Notes: generated by a model not told the origin, from the sequence alone. Positions 19,001 to 34,198 are shown, counted from the stretch's first letter. The stretch is 64,000 nt of DNA from Eutreptiella sp. 'Long Island Sound 2002' (GCA_964036045.1 OZ038379.1:6634001-6698000), one strand, 5' to 3'. A program made the numbers and translations.

Positions 19001-22000
19001 CATATATGAAGGTGCGTAGTCTTGCCGCATTCATGTGAGTGGTACTCGTCGTGTGCCCACAGGTAACACAGTCCCCTCTACGCTTCGAGGTGTGTTGCCG
19101 AAGGCAATAGAGGTTTGGTTCGGCGCCTTTGGCCCCGGATTTCATGGCGAGTGCTGCATCGATGGTGGTTGGCGGTCAACGGCAGTGGCGGCAGGCGTTC
19201 ACACCACGGATGGTTGGAACAGGGCTGTATGACAGTGCGAGGGCCGACTGCAAAGACCATAGGCTGCAGTCTTGGTCTTGACGCGCACACGATGCCTCGC
19301 GCCAGACCTGGGCCGGTCGGCACAGACGAGGGTGAGTACTTGAATGCTTGGCAGGAGCCTACTACTGCCAAACTGAGGAAACTTGTGCTGTGTGCATGTC
19401 AAATCACATCATATTTTTTGTAGTGCGCTTTGGCCTGTGGTGGTGGGGCTACGAGAATATGCCACACAAGCCCTACACAACTGTCGTGCAGGATTCGTTC
19501 CACAGAATTTCTCACCTGGAAACCCCCCCTTGGCCCAGAAAGAAGACTGGGTTGTGGCAGTAAGCCGGCAAGCGTTAGCAGCGCATGAAGCAGAAGAAAG
19601 CCCCGTCAGTGGCTGTGGAGGACCATGGGTACCTTTCTGTCACAAAGAGGGACGGATTGGTGGGCCCTCGATGAACAGGGGCAATCAGCGGTTCAACAGC
19701 GGCGGTTGGCGGTCAACTGACGACGGTTGGCGGCTGGCAGGACGGTGCACCAGGTGCAGGGGGGGGGGGGGTCCCGAGGGCAGAAAGAAGAACAAAAAGG
19801 GCCCCCACAAGACCCGTGGCAACGCACTTTGCACAGTGCCCAACAAAGAGCATCATGCCGGTCCCCAAGGCCCCCCTTGTGGGCAGCACTTCTTTTCACG
19901 TAGGCACACACACACATACCGTCCCATGATGGTGCCCTCGTCAGGGCTCTGCAGCAGATCACTGGATTCGGGGTCCGCCCACGTCAGCTCCACCCACTTA
20001 CATTGTGTAAGCACCAGCTGCTCCTACAACACGCAAGCCGTGCAGACTGGCGAGCGTTGGCCACGCAGGAGATCAAAGACCGGGGTTAATCTCCAAGATC
20101 AGCACAACTCATTTCACAGCCCATATCACATCCTGTACACATCTCTTGTGGCGCCCCCCCCCCCCTTTTGCAGGTGCACGCATTTTGTGTGCACTAGGCA
20201 ACCCCCCGCCCCCTTGTGGTCTGCCATGTGACAGACCCACTCGCCGGCCCACACATATCACACGCTGTGCAGATCCATTGAAGGGAACACCCGCTGGTGG
20301 CATCGCACAGTAAAAAATGAGCCAAAAGCGCACGAGTAACCCAAAAGCGGGCCCATGGTGCTTTAAACCTGGGCGGGCTTGGAAGAGGGAGTGTGGTAGG
20401 CGCAGGGGTATGCCCCTCAATCCGCACTATAAAATTCGCATTATTTTTCTGGGTTCACTTTTTCAGGTTTGGAGTAGTGTTAGGCCAAAAGAAAGGCCCT
20501 GATAACCCCAGCCCTACCCCTACTCCTGGAACACGGACCCTTCTTTGATTCGGATTAGCGGTCAGTGGTGGGGTTGTAGGAGAAGCAAAGTGAAGCACAG
20601 AGAAAAGGTCCTGCATTGGACAATGACACACAACAAAATTCTGTGCTGGGCAACTGCATTGACTTTGGTGTTCGCTAATCCTACGCTTACTCAACTTTCC
20701 TCAACGTTGAAATGTGAAATCAGCAGCACCATTGGTATCATGATCCTGAAGCTACAATCTGTCAAACATAGGGCAAGGTGGGGGGGGGGGGGGTCCGCAT
20801 ACAGGGAATGGGCCCGCCTCCCGCCTTATGACCACATAATCTACATGGCATTGACAAAACCAGCATCAACATGGTGATTGTCCCGGTAAAGTGTGCAAGA
20901 TTCACGCAAAAAAAATTAGCTGCCCGCCCCGACACGACCGCCCATCCACCCTGACACGCCTACCAGCCAGCCCCAACATGCCCGCCTGCCCACCGTGACA
21001 CGCCCGCCTGCCCACCCTGAGACACGTGCCTGCCGGTGTAGACACACGTGCCTGCCCGCCCCACTGCGCCCGCCCGACACGCCCTCCCGCCCACACCAAC
21101 ACGCCAGGCTGCCCGCCCTGACACGCCCGCGACACACGTGCCCACCCGCCCGCCCACCTACCCTGACATGTGCATGCACCCCCACATGCACGCGCTCCCG
21201 GACACGCCCCCGGCCACACACCCGCCTCATTTTGAGATAATAGGAAAATGAGGGGCTCAAAACCCGACCCCAGAGTTTTGCTTAAGGGAGGTGGGGGATG
21301 GGGGGGGTCCAAGGGGGGGAGGGGGGGCTCACCACAAATGTGTACCATAGTATCACAGTGCAGGTCAGCTTCGGCGCCTTGTAGAAATTTGCTTTGGCGC
21401 CTTCGGCGCCTAGTATTTCCTATGCTTTCTGGGCCAAGGTGACGGTTCCCCCCCTGGGGGCGGGGGGATTTCAAAGGGGGTAGGGAAGGTACCATTGACG
21501 AAGGGCAGTGGCAGCCTTCGTAGCCCATGCACTCCACCGCAAAAACTCTTTCGCCACATCTTCATACCCCATGCTTTGGCTCCGGGTCTGGCACTATTTC
21601 GGCTCATTTTCAACCCAGGGGAATCGCCCTTCAGCCACTACACTCTAAACACATACGCTGTGTAGAGGGGTGGAGTGCACAAAACGTAGTGTGACGCACA
21701 GTCTGAAAGGCAGTCAACCTGCACTTTAGGGTCCATCACCTTTTTTGTCTCCTTGGTCTCCTGCTGCTGCAGGGCCAATTTCTCGTTCAGCATGTCAACA
21801 AACTTCCGTTTGGCCTCGGCGTGCGATGGATCAGTGGATGCAACCTGAAAACACAGACAAACATGCTTGCAGTAAATCCGAACCCAACAGTGACCTCCTG
21901 AGCAGACCCATGGGGTGCGTGCAGGAAAGGCTCAGTACGTGTGCCGGGTGATACAGATGTAGGCAGAGGGTTGGGTTTCACCAGGAAATTGTCCGGATTT

Positions 22001-22899
22001 TTTGTCGACAGACGGTCAGGAAGTGTTTTTTGGGAGATGAAAATGGGCCTTATGCCCACAGATGTGCTTCTGCCCCTTGGTGTTCCTCCAGTGCTGGCGA
22101 CACCCATGGGGGGAGAGGGGGGGGGGGGTTCTGGATATCATGAAGCACTTCTACCCATGCGCAGACCGCGGTGCTGCTGCTGAGCACATTCCACTCATCC
22201 AACATCAACGCCTCTGAACTATCACTTTGGTGAGCGAGAGACCGGCCAGTCTGAGGCTATGAAGCGACAAACATCGAAACAGTCTTGAGAGCAATCAAAG
22301 CAAACACAGCGGGGGGGGGGGGGGCTGTGCCAGGGAAATTCTGCAGCAGCTTATTCTGATGGACGGGGGGGGGGGGGGCTGTGCCAGGGAAATTCTGCAG
22401 CAGCTTATTCTAATGGCACACATTCTATGCAAATTGTACAGTAGCCAGAATATGCCCATGGATCGTCACCGAGGTGGTCCCCTCCGTTGGGCAAGCCACC
22501 GTCGGCAGCCCCAAATGGCGGCAGCCGTTCAAATCACGGATGATTGAAACAGGGCTGTATGACAGTGCTAGGGCCGACTGTAAAGACCATCGGCTGCAGT
22601 CTTGGTGTTGCCACGCAGGCGATGCCCCGCGCCAGACCTTGAAAAACCTTGAGTGAGAGCACCTGGTCACACTCAACGTGATCGGGGCACGGTGCCAGTC
22701 ACTGCAACACACACTGTAGGCTAGGAAACTGAACCCGAGGCTGGGAGATGGCCCACGCTACCCACAGCAATGCACACCCTTCTACCCACCACTGTGTGCA
22801 GGACACTATTCACATCATGCCACATCGTATCCAGTACCACCTCCCCCACCTCGCCTACATGCGATGACAACACTGCACACAGTGCCATCGCAACGGTTC

Positions 22900-24545
22900 A
22901 GCCTTGCAACCCCAGAAGTGTGGTCGTGCAATTTTGCTTCCGGTGGGGCTTTGCGTCATGTACGAGGGGTTCGTTCCACTGCCACGTCTTACTGCTGTTA
23001 GTCGCGTTGTTGGTGGGTAGTGACGAGGAATGTGGTGTGGTGGTGGGGGGGGGGGGGAGGCATTTTTCTGGTGGTGGGGGTTGTAACCACAGGTTGAATC
23101 TGGGCCGGACGTCTGGGGCAAGGGGAAACAGGCTATGAGCACTCGGGAGTCCCCATTGGCCTACGTCCACCGTTGCCTCTTCTGCCAGGCCCTCTTCTCG
23201 CTGTGAGTCACGTTGTTGGTGGGCAGTGACGTAACGTGGTCTGATGGATGGGTGGGGGGGGGGGGTGGCGCAGTTTTCTGGTGGTGGGACTTTGGAAATG
23301 GAGACATTGTGACATGTTGGTTGACTCCAAATGATTCATGCTGCACAGGGCATGTTCGTCGCTCGCTGGCACTTTCAGGTGCACAGTGCAGGTGCCAGAA
23401 TTGAAATGGGAATGGGAGAGCCCTGTGACACGCTGGTTACCCTAAATGATTCATGCTGCATAGGGCCGGCTTGCTGCGCGATGGCTCATGCAGGGCGTAG
23501 TGCGGGCAGTCAAATCGATTGAGTGGCATCCTACGGTTCGTTGAGTCCAAAGCATTCACCCTGCACTAGGCAGGTTCACTGTGCGCTGGCACATGCAGAT
23601 GCATAGTGCAGGCACCAGTAGAAATGGGAATGGAAGAGCCCTGTGACTTGTTGGTCAACCGAAAGGTTCATGTTGCACAGGGCCGCTTTGCTGCGCGATG
23701 GCACATTCAGGGCACAGTGCAGGCATCAGAGTTGACTGAGGGGCACTCACCAGTTGGGAATGGGAGAATCTTGCGACGTGTTGGTTAACCCAAACGATTC
23801 ATGCTGCATCGGATTGGTTCGCTGCACGCTGGTACTTTCAGGTGCTCAGTGCAGACATCAGAATTGACTGAGAGGCACTCAACCGCAGGAAGTGGGAACT
23901 GGTGTTAAATGAATTTCGTGACGTTGGGCAGTGATGAGGAATGTGGCGTGACGGGGGGGGGATGGCAGTTTTCTGGTGGCGGGACGCTGCAACCACAACT
24001 GAATTTGGCCCGGACGTCCGGGGCAAGGGGAAACGGGCTATGAGCACTGGAGAGTCCCCATTGGCCTACGTCCACCGTTGCTCCTTCTGTCATGCCCTCT
24101 TCCCGCTGTTAGTCGCGTTGGTGGTGGCCAGTGACGAGGAATGTGGTGTGGTGGTTGGGGGGGGCGGGGTCGGCATTTTTCTCGTGGTGGGGCTTGCAAC
24201 CACAGGTTGAATCTGGGCAAGACGTCTGGGGCAAGGGGAAACAAGCTATGAGCACTCAGGAGTCCCCATTGGCCTACGTCCACCGTTGCCTCTTCTGCCA
24301 AGCCCTCTTCTCGCTGTGAGTCGCGTGAGGGGAGGGGAGGGTGGCGCAGTTTTCTGGTGGTGGGACTTTGGAAATGGAGACATTGTGACATGTTGGTTGA
24401 CTCCAAATGATTCATGCGGCACGGGGCATGTTCGTCGCTCGCTGGCACTTTCAGGTGCACAGTGCAGGTACCAGAATTGAAATGGGAATGGGAGAGCCCT
24501 GTGACATGTTGGTTACCCTAAATAATTCATGCTGCATAGGGCCGG
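22900..24545. repeat. Cluster of diverged block duplications
   Basis: GGACGTCTGGGGCAAGGGGAAAC...CCTACGTCCACCGTTGC at ~23105, ~24010, ~24215; GGTGGTGGGACTTTGGAAATGGAGAC... at ~23280 and ~24355. Confidence 0.8.
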
Positions 24546-24993
24546 CTTGCTGCACGCTGGCACATTCCAATAGCTTGCGGCGTCAAAATCTTGTGTCAAT
24601 AGCTTGCATCAACAGTTGGTGCCAATGTCTTGTGTCAAGAGCTTGCGTCACTAGCTTGTGTCAATAGCAGGTGTCAATAGCTTGTGTCATGGTTTGCACT
24701 GGTTTGAAAATGTGCGGCAAGCTGACTAGCGCGGAGCCAAGGGGCACCCTGGTTCATCCCCCCCCCCCCCACCCACCCCCAACCCCCCAACTCCCCAAAG
24801 TTCTTGAACCCAGTTTGAGGCAATTTCAGGTTTTGGCTAATTGACACAAGCTCAGCACTGCCCTTTTGTGCAGGCTCAGTTCACAGGAGCCCCTGCAAAC
24901 CGCCCAAACCTTCAATTTTGAGGGGGCTTGACACTCCCCAGCCCTGTCCCCCTCTGTGTCTGTGTCCCACTCCCCTAGTACCAGGGCTATGTC

Positions 24994-26405
24994 CTATGTG
25001 CCCCTGAGCTGAGCCGTCCGTACCGCATCCCCGCCGTTGACCATATCTCTGCTGGAACTCGCCTCACGCTTGACCAAACAACACATACCGCTGCCGGGGA
25101 CGAGGTACCCTTTGGGGTACTGTTGGCCTTTGCATATTATCGCGAGCTCTGCCCGCTGACTAGGGGCGATTCGGTGGTGGTGGTGGAAGTGTTGGCTTTG
25201 GCATGGACTTCCTGGCTCTACTTCTGCACGGCACTGATTCCATGTGAACCCACCATCGCAGTCATGGCAGCTGTAATAAGAACGAGCGGGCGCCCTCATG
25301 ACAAACCCAGTCTGTCTCCATCGATAGCCCCACCTCCTGGTGGAGACTCGACGGATGCGTTGTTTCATGGTGACTGTTGGAGTCTTGCTTGCCGGAGTTA
25401 GTGAGACTTTACGTTTGCTAAGATACTCAGTTTTTGTTTCTAGGATACACATTGGGTACGCCCTTTGGAGAGTTGGGGGACACAAGGGATGGGACACCGT
25501 AGCACACACACATTGATATCTTTGCAAAGAAATATCGTCGGGGGGGGGGGGGGGGATAATTTGAAGGGGTATTTTTTTTGGGAGGCCCCAAATTAAGGTG
25601 GGAAAATTGTGGACATTTTGGCACATAGCATCCTTAATGTTGAAGAAGATATTGGCTAGGAGGGAGGGCTTCCACACAAGTACTGCACAAGAACCAACAA
25701 AAACCACTAGTGTGTTTCAAAGCCGGCCCATCCCGCCCAAGTCTCGTTGCTTAATCAAATGGAGTTGGTGTCAATGTTACGCGGTGACGTTTCATCAGGT
25801 GAAATCCGGCCCTTTGGTCCATGCCTCATGGTAGTGATCGCCGTGTTTGTCAAGCTAGTGTGGTTGGGCGTGTAGCCCTTGTTCTTGGATAGCGATAACA
25901 TGTGGCTCACGCTAGGTTTGGGTGGAGGTGGTGCAACGGCAAACCCGCTCGGTTGAACCAGCCTTTGCCCGCCCCCCCCCCCCCTCCACCCGCCCCTAGA
26001 CCCTATGCTTGGGTCAACTTCTTCTGCACACCACCAATCAACACCTTTGATGTGCAACTCGCGGAGACTCGGTGACCACAAGCTTCCAATAGCGCCTAGT
26101 ACTCCGATCTCGATTTGGAATGTCCGCAAAACACAAATGGTATTGTTCTCCATGCTTCGGCGAAGTATCCGAAGCATCATCTACACATGACAAGTGAAAA
26201 AGACGAAGGCCGAGCTTTCTTGAGTTGAACACGAGCAACTAGCTTGTCTTGCAAAATTCCCGACGTTACGATCATTTTGGATCGGTTCGGCATGGCAACC
26301 AAAACCCGTCAAACCAAGTGGCCGCGGAATTCGGGTTCGAGAAGGTGAAAAGATGGCTTCTAGGACTAGAGGACTACGAAGGTCACACAACAAATGACGC
26401 GACAC
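24994..26405 (-). pseudogene. Possible decayed DNA-transposase (hAT-like) remnant
   Basis: Broken frames with FHLSCVDDASDTS...EQYHLCF (DxxxD-like) and STRRWGYR (TRW-like); weak, by eye. Confidence 0.25.
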
Positions 26406-26582
26406 TACGTGCGGTGTTGGTTACCTTGAAGCTTGCCGTGTGCACTTGTTTGGCGATACCATGAACGCACTTCGTGGATCCAAACATTGTCTACATCCCA
26501 GTCTACACAACAGAAGAAAATTGGTGGCCACTCGGCGTTCCCAATGCTTTAGGACCACTTTCTTCTTGCTTTTTCATTCGTT

Positions 26583-26685
<103 letters not shown>

Positions 26686-26704
26686 CTGCCGAAAAATCGA
26701 ATCC

Positions 26705-26904
26705 AAACTATACTCTATGCATTTTGGGCGACCGGCCTACTCCCTCTAGCAAAGGAGAAGAGGGAAAGAGGGTAGACGAGTGAGAGGAGCATCGGGATCA
26801 TAGAAATGCCGCAAACTATACTCTATGTATTTTGGGCGACCCGCCTACTCCCTCTAGCAAAGGAGAAGAGGGAAAGAGGGTAGACGAGTGAGAGGAGCAT
26901 CGGG
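26705..26904. repeat. Tandem duplication 2 x ~107 bp
   Basis: CAAACTATACTCTATG...GCAAAGGAGAAGAGGGAAAGAGGGTAGACGAGTGAGAGGAGCATCGGG twice. Confidence 0.88.
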
Positions 26905-29619
26905 GTCATGAAATGTCGAAGTCCTTGTTGCGAGGAACCACGTCTCCTAGTGCTCCGGATTGGGCAAGCCTATTATTCTAGATCAATGCCCACCATGTAT
27001 GCGGAATTCGAGAATTATTGTAGCTACATCTCGATGGCCGAGTTTCCTAAGAGGCGAAGCACGTCAACACGTAGAAATCATTAGGAAGCTATAGCCTCTA
27101 TTATGAGCCGTCACGCAAGGAGCTACACTCGCTACAGTAGTTACATTAGGAACCCTTGTTATTTAGGTCCCTCTCGTGGACGTTCTACGAAATCTATACA
27201 CGAAGAAGGCAATATCCATGGGAAGGGTTACCGGCCTGAATTGTTATGCAAAGGAAAGGGTTGCATCTCAATAGTCCCAGTTGGTGAGGCCTTTTTGTGT
27301 GATATTTTGGATGTGATCACCCAAACCGGAAAAACGTCAAGAGGCAAAGGAACAGATGCTGGCTATCCTTGTGGCTAGGATGGTTGAGCATACGTAGCAC
27401 GTACAAAAATATAGGCGCAAAGGAAGGCGTGTAACGCTTAAAGATTGAGAAACAACCCATTTGTGGGTCGGGAAACACTGGATGATGCAATGCACAAAGC
27501 ACTCACTCATCTGTTTCAGCTTTTTGCTAGTTGAACGCTTTCTCTTTGGGTTTTGCAACAACTTGACCCCCCTTGTTTTGGTGTTGTGATTGTTGGACCT
27601 TCGTTGGCTCCCCTTGTGTCTTCATTCACTTGGAAGACAGCCCAAAGTAGTGACAAAAGTTTCGATATGCAGCACTCCTGCGATGAATTATTTCCGGATT
27701 TCCCGATATCGATTACTTCGTGTGAAAATGCAACTTATGTTCGACAGCACATCTAGCAAATAAATTTTCAATCGGAGAAAAAATTGGCATGCCTTCCGAA
27801 TAACAAAATTTACCTGAGTAGTTGTTCTGTGCAGGCCGCGCACGCGACTCGAGTACCGTTACTTTTGGTTCACCACCACGTGTAAATCACCGTTCAGCAT
27901 CTTTGTTTTTCAATATATATATCTATATATATATATACATATATATCTTTTTATTATTAGTATTTATGTACATTTTTGTGTTGTTCGTCATGGTAATTAA
28001 TTGGCCATGAATTGGGAATTTAGCATGCATGGCTTCATGCATGGGCGTGACACATTCTTTGGCATCTTCACACAACTTGACACATGTGGATGCGCCAAGT
28101 GGCGGTTGCTGACACGCAATTTCAACCCATTTTGAGGAAAATGTCAACATTAGACAACGGGAATGCATTTGTTTATTATTTAGTCGTGTTGACACTGCAA
28201 ATTGAGTTGACCAATATGCCGCAAACATGCAGATCAAGACCCGCCTTTCAAGTATTACACCTTCTCTTCGGGGACTAGGCGATGTGATCCCCCCTGGATT
28301 AGAGTGGTGGAACCCTCCCAATGGACCGGATCACAGATTGGACATGGATATGACCCCCCACCCTCCTAACCCCCCCAAAATGGATTAGAGAAAAAAATCC
28401 AACAAAGACCGTACGCGCGTGTACTGCCATGGAAGCCCCAACCACCAAGTCTTCCTGAACTTTCCAACGTAGAGCCACGATGGGAGGCCACAAAGAGACA
28501 GGCACATGGCAAAGCAAATACATCCTTGACCATGCTAAATTTGAAAATTCCAAATTAGGTGCCCAAAGATGAACTTGCCAAGCAGCATTGGGCAGATCAC
28601 TCATGAGTCATGCTATCTTTGGGGGTCTTGAAGATGATGCGAGCACTACAAAGAACAACAAAGTTCTCGATCCATAAAGCAAAACTGAAGCAAGTTCCTA
28701 ATGGACAACAAATGCTTGGTTTGCAACATTGCACACGTGTACACACACCACACACATGCACACACAACACAACAACGGTGAACGAGAGCCAAGGAGCCAT
28801 GGACACCGCACACACCCCCACACAACACACGCACGGCGCACCGCAACAAACAATCACCAAAGTTCTTGATGCACAATAAAGTTCCTCATTCATAAATGCA
28901 AAATTAATGACATGAAGACACGTTACCACGAAGCACACAAACTAATTGCCCAATGAAAGTTCTTGATTCTTCCAAAAAAAAACATAGCTACTATCCACAC
29001 ATCATCCACATCATCAACTTGCCACAATCCAAAATGCATCAAACGAGATTGGAGGGCTAGATTGGATTGATTGGAGGGCTAGCAGATAGCACAAAAGCAA
29101 AAGACAGTGCACATTGGACCAGGCGAAAAAAATTAGACACTCAAAAAAGACAAGCGTGCACGCCCATAAAAATGGATCAGGGTGTTGACCCCCCCCCCCC
29201 CCACTCCCCAAGGACCAGATCATGAATCGGGATTCCCCCCCCACCCATTCGACTCCCCTTCAAAATATCCTTCAACCATCTTTGCTACCACCCAAGAAAT
29301 GATGCCCTCTGCCACATCTCCACGGAAAACCTTTTGTACCTTTTGTACCTTTTGTTGTTGCACGTCGGAAGACGTGTTGGCAAGGGTTTGGATTGTACTT
29401 GCCTATTCCTATAACCTTCTACAGATTACACGGTGGGGGGCGGCAAACCGGGGCATGTTTATTTTGTTTATTTTGGTTGATTGGCTGGTGGTTGGTGGTT
29501 GGTATACATGACCAGTTCGCTTGCCTTTCATCGTGTTGCACGCGACGTTTTGTCAATACCTTCACACTTTCATCAAGATTTTGTGCCATGGGGTCGTGCG
29601 GATCCACTTCGTAGACCAG

Positions 29620-30939
29620 ATGGTTCATGGGCGTGCGGCATGGGTACTCTTGACGTGGTTGTTCGTGAGCGCCTCGGCAAGCCCATTCCGATACGCCACG
29701 ATCAGTTACCAACGCGTGAAGGAGCCGGGGCACACTTCTTGGCAAACCTCGAACACGATCGAATTCTCGTCGACCTTTGCTTTTAATGCCTCGGAATTCG
29801 GGGAGGAAGACTTTGCGCCTGGGGACCCCTTTTCATACGGTGACCTTGTCATGCACTTCGGCGACGCGCAGTCAACCGCTTTTTCCAACGAAACTTGCGT
29901 CGTTACGTTGCACGATGACGTGGAGGACGTGGTCATCACGCAATGCAAGGTCACGCACACATACAGCCCCGTAGCGGTCGCGGCCTTGGACAACAAGGCC
30001 GCGGCGTACGTGGAGACGTGCTGCCGGCCGGTCGAGTTGCAGAACAACCCGAACACCACAATGCGGATTGCCGCCGGGGTCGATTTCCGGAGCAACGCGA
30101 CGTCCGGCATGGTGCTGGGGACGACCCCCACGGTGCGGATCTTCGTGCCGGTGGGGGAGCACAACTTCACGTTCACTCCGGTGCTGATGGCCGACCCCTT
30201 GGGGCGGATCCCTCACTTTCGGTTCGCCACGAGCCAAGAAATGAGCGGCAGCGCAGAGGGCTCGGGGGCCCCGGACGGCATGACTATCGACCCCGTCACG
30301 GGGTCCATCACATGGGTCAACGCCACGGGGACGGTCAACGGGGGCCTCTACAGCCTCCAGCTCGTCGTCACCGACGGCGACCGGACCGCCGCCGTGGACT
30401 TCCTCGTGGAGCTGCACCACCTCGGCCGCCGCTGCGACGACGCCTCCGGGGCCTTCGCCGGGGTCGCGTGCGGCACCTCCGCGGAGTGCGGCGCGGGCGG
30501 CTGCGCGCTGCCCGACATCCCGACGTTCGTCGCCCCGTCACCGCCCGCCGGGACGCGGTACGTGGCACTGGTGGGCGCCGCGCGCAACCTCTCCGTTGCC
30601 GCGCGCTCGCTGTCCTCGCATCCCGGCGGATACCTGGTGATGTCCCCGGGCTCAATTCCGCTGTATTTCGGGCCTCCCCGGCAAACCGGGCGCAACCCCC
30701 TGCAGCATGTCCACACGCTGTCGCCCTCTGTCAACCACACGAGCCCTGAGATCGTGTGCTGGACGGCCACGTGGGTGAACACGTCGGTGTGGGAGATGAC
30801 CACGTCGCTGCCGTACTGCCTGCAGGTCCAGCCCCTACTCGCCCCCTCGTACAGCACGGCCCCGCCGTCCGTGCACGGCTCCCAGGAGTTCGCCATCTAT
30901 TTCGAGGGCCAGGCCTTTGCGGAAGGCGATCTGTTTCAG
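29620..30939 (+). CDS. Giant repeat surface protein, exon 1: signal peptide plus Sib-like (Dictyostelium integrin-beta-like adhesin) N-terminal region
   Basis: MVHGRAAWVLLTWLFVSASA|SPFRYATISY..., TCCRPVELQNN, PDGMTIDP, GLYSLQ, AVDFLV. Donor CAG|GTGAGT at 30940, phase 0. Confidence 0.85.
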
Positions 30940-31475
30940 GTGAGTCGCCTCCTTCGCCTCCTTTGGCCCGTTGTGAGGGCTGCGGTGTGGCTATCCATTT
31001 AGTGCCCCTTACCCCCAAAACGTAATGCCCCCACCCCCTTCGCAATGGTGCCCCGGTCCTTTAAAAGGCATGCGTGCCCAAAAACACATGTACCCCCCCC
31101 CACACACACACTACCCCTGACAAGGTACGTCTACCAAAGGTTCCACCTACACCCTCGCTTAGCTCCCCGTAATTCGGTTTTACCACACACACACACACAC
31201 ACACCGCAGAAGGGGAGGGTCCAACGTTCCACAGAGGCCTCAGCAGTCCTGAGCCAAATGGGGCGTCCTGCCCAGCGCTGCACAAGGATCCACCTCTATA
31301 AGTACAGATCACACACACACACACACACACATTTCATTCCCACTCCTTTTTGAAATCATTTGCCTTTGAGTGGTTGCAATCCAGTAGGTGGGTGGGTGGG
31401 TAGGTGGGTTTGTGAAACATGGTAAGTCTACCAAAGGGCCCACCTTCGCTTAGTTCCCCTTCATCAGGTCTCAAC

Positions 31476-31481
<6 letters not shown>

Positions 31482-31549
<68 letters not shown>

Positions 31550-31647
31550 ACGCACGCGCACGCGCACGCGCACGCACACGCACACGCACACGCACACGCA
31601 CACGCACACGCACACGCACACACGCACACACGCACACACGCACACAC
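31482..31647. repeat. (CA)n/(CACG)n compound microsatellite in intron 1
   Basis: Direct reading. Confidence 0.97.
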
Positions 31648-32479
31648 CGAAAAAAAAACGAATGTAACCCGCCCCACGCACACACTTACTAACACCCAAA
31701 ACAATTCAATGTACCACCCCATCCCCCAGACACACGCTTGATGTCTCTCACCCCCCAACTCAAAATAACCCCCACGTCCCACACGCACGCACACCAACGC
31801 AACCCCTTTTGTCGCGTCGCGATGCCGGTCTCTGTCCGGCTCCAGCCCAGAACCCCCGTTGCTGCCAGGGGACCATACCGGCCACACGTCAAGCCTCACC
31901 CATGTTGTGTGCAATGCTCAGAGCTTTTACAGTTTCCTGGCTGACACGGGGGATAAGTGCTATTGCACAGTGCAATTCATGGGCGCCACAAGAAACACAG
32001 CTGTTGTTGAGATAAGACGCAACGAAATGGAAGCCCGGGACCTGGGGAGCTGGTGCACACCTCCTGCCTGATGAACACCCCCCCGCCCCCGTTGTCCAAC
32101 ACACCGTGCCCAACGAACAGTAGGCGTTCGGACGATCTGGGACCCCGTTTGATGGGGTAATGGTTTTGAGATAACAACATTTTGGGCCGAGAACTCCGAG
32201 GGAATGGCGCAACGGATACCACGTGTCTGTGGAATGATCGTTGTGCCATTGATGGTGAGCGGAGTTGGTGACCGGCAGGTGCTGTACGAACAACCATCAC
32301 CCGTCGACCCCTGCGCCCCCCATGTCCAGCGAACACCCGGTGTTGCGACCCATTTCAGGGGGGTCGCATACAGGTTTGCAGGGCAAACGGCCCTAGGCCG
32401 GGTCAGCAGTGGCGCCAGCAGCGCTAGAACCCGTGGGGGGGGGGGTGGGTCCATCTTCCCATTGCACCGCTTTCCACAG

Positions 32480-33517
32480 CTCGTCGACGCAGCCCACAGC
32501 CCATGCGGGAACTATTCAGAGCCGTTCTACGCCGTGACCCAGGGCATGCTCAACCCCGAGCGCACGCGCGTCGACGCCAGCGCGGTCACCCTCGAGTCCC
32601 GCCCGATGCGCGCCACGGTGTGCTACCGCTTCGGGGACAACCCCTGGTTCGCCCTCGATGCGCCGCTCGCGATCGCGGGGCCGCACGGGTACGCGAGCGC
32701 CGAGGCCCCGGTCCTGCAGCTGCGCAACGGCACGATCGTCGTGCGCGGTGTGGGGCTGGCGGCCGCGGATCGCGTCGCGGTGGCGCTGCAGCCCGACGAC
32801 GATTGCGACTCGCCCTCAGCCGCGTTCAACGTCACGGAGGAGATGGTGCTGGACGATGAGACCGTCGAGCTGCGGGACCTGCGGCTGACCGCCGGGGTAT
32901 ACCACCTCTGCTACCAGTCCCACACGTGGCATGCGCTGCAGCCGCCGCTCGAGGTCACCGGGACCGTCCGCTTGCACACGGTCCCGGCCGTCCCCGTTTC
33001 ACGCGCCAACTTGACGCTGGTTGTCGAGGGTGTCGGGCTCTCGACCGCGGACCATTTCGCGATCGCGCTGGAGGCGGAGGAGTGCACCGCCGTCGCGCGC
33101 ACCAACGTGACCAGCGGCATGTTCACCGGCGCAGACCCCCCGCGGGCCACCCTCACAATCCCGGTCTACCCGCTGGTCGCGGGCGCGTACCGCGTGTGCT
33201 ACTTCTTGAAGGGGGAGCCGGACCTGTTCGAGCCCGCGTTCTCCGTCCAGGGGGTATACGGCTATGCCGTGACCCCGGCACAGCCCCAGCAGACCACCAA
33301 TTTCACCCTCTCGATGCTGGGGATCAGGCTGTCGACCGAGGACACGTACGGCTTCTCGGACGAGGCCGCGGGGTGTGACTCCCTCAGTGACGGCGGCGTG
33401 TGGTCAGTGCATAGCGGCCTGCTCACGGGCTCCACCGGGTTTCTGGAGGGAGGGCTGCAGCTTCCGGCAGGACGCTACGTCGTGTGCTACAATGTGAACC
33501 GGACCGGGTGGCTGCAG
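32480..33517 (+). CDS. Giant repeat surface protein, exon 2 (4 repeats)
   Basis: Acceptor TTTCCACAG|, donor CAG|GTATGG, phase 0/0; recurring G-x-Y-x-VCY motif; high GC3. Confidence 0.88.
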
Positions 33518-34198
33518 GTATGGACGGGCCTCCTCTTCCATCTTTTCTCTGCACTTCTGCTCGTCTGCTCGCTCACTGCCTCTTCTCACTTCTCGTGATG
33601 GGCGTTCTTCGTGGGCATCGGCGGCATTCACGTTTCTTCGTGCTTTTGGACGGACCCCCCCTTGGTCCCGCTTCCGTGCGTCAGGATGGGGCGCAAAGCA
33701 GAACCACCCGCACCCGCCGGCTGCAGGAAGGGGGGGGGGTTCCGGAGCGGTTGACCGGGCAATCTCTGCACGCCAGCTATCCCTGCAGTGTCCCTCCCCT
33801 CGTGGGGTCACCGACACCCTGGCGCCTGAAACAGCCGTGCGTGCCAACTTACCACCCGGCCTGGGACTCATACTTGGGACCTCTAGTTCAAGTGTCAGGG
33901 GCATCACCAATTCGCTTTTGCGTGGGGGGGGGTCCCATGCTAGGCAACCTTACGGCGGGGGGCCAAGAAGGGGGGGTTTTGCCATGGCATGGGAGGGTGC
34001 AATTTGTCATTTGCAATTTTTTTTCACAAAGGGTTTTTTGTGGTGCGGCAGGGCAGGAGGGCTTTATTGTGCCACCGCAGGGCAGCAGGGCTGTTTTGTG
34101 TGTTTTGTCTATGTCCCTTTTGTTTTATTGTTTTATTTATTTTGTTTTTTTTTGTGCTGCCATCGGGCAGTAGGATTATGTGAGCTGCCATAGAGCAT

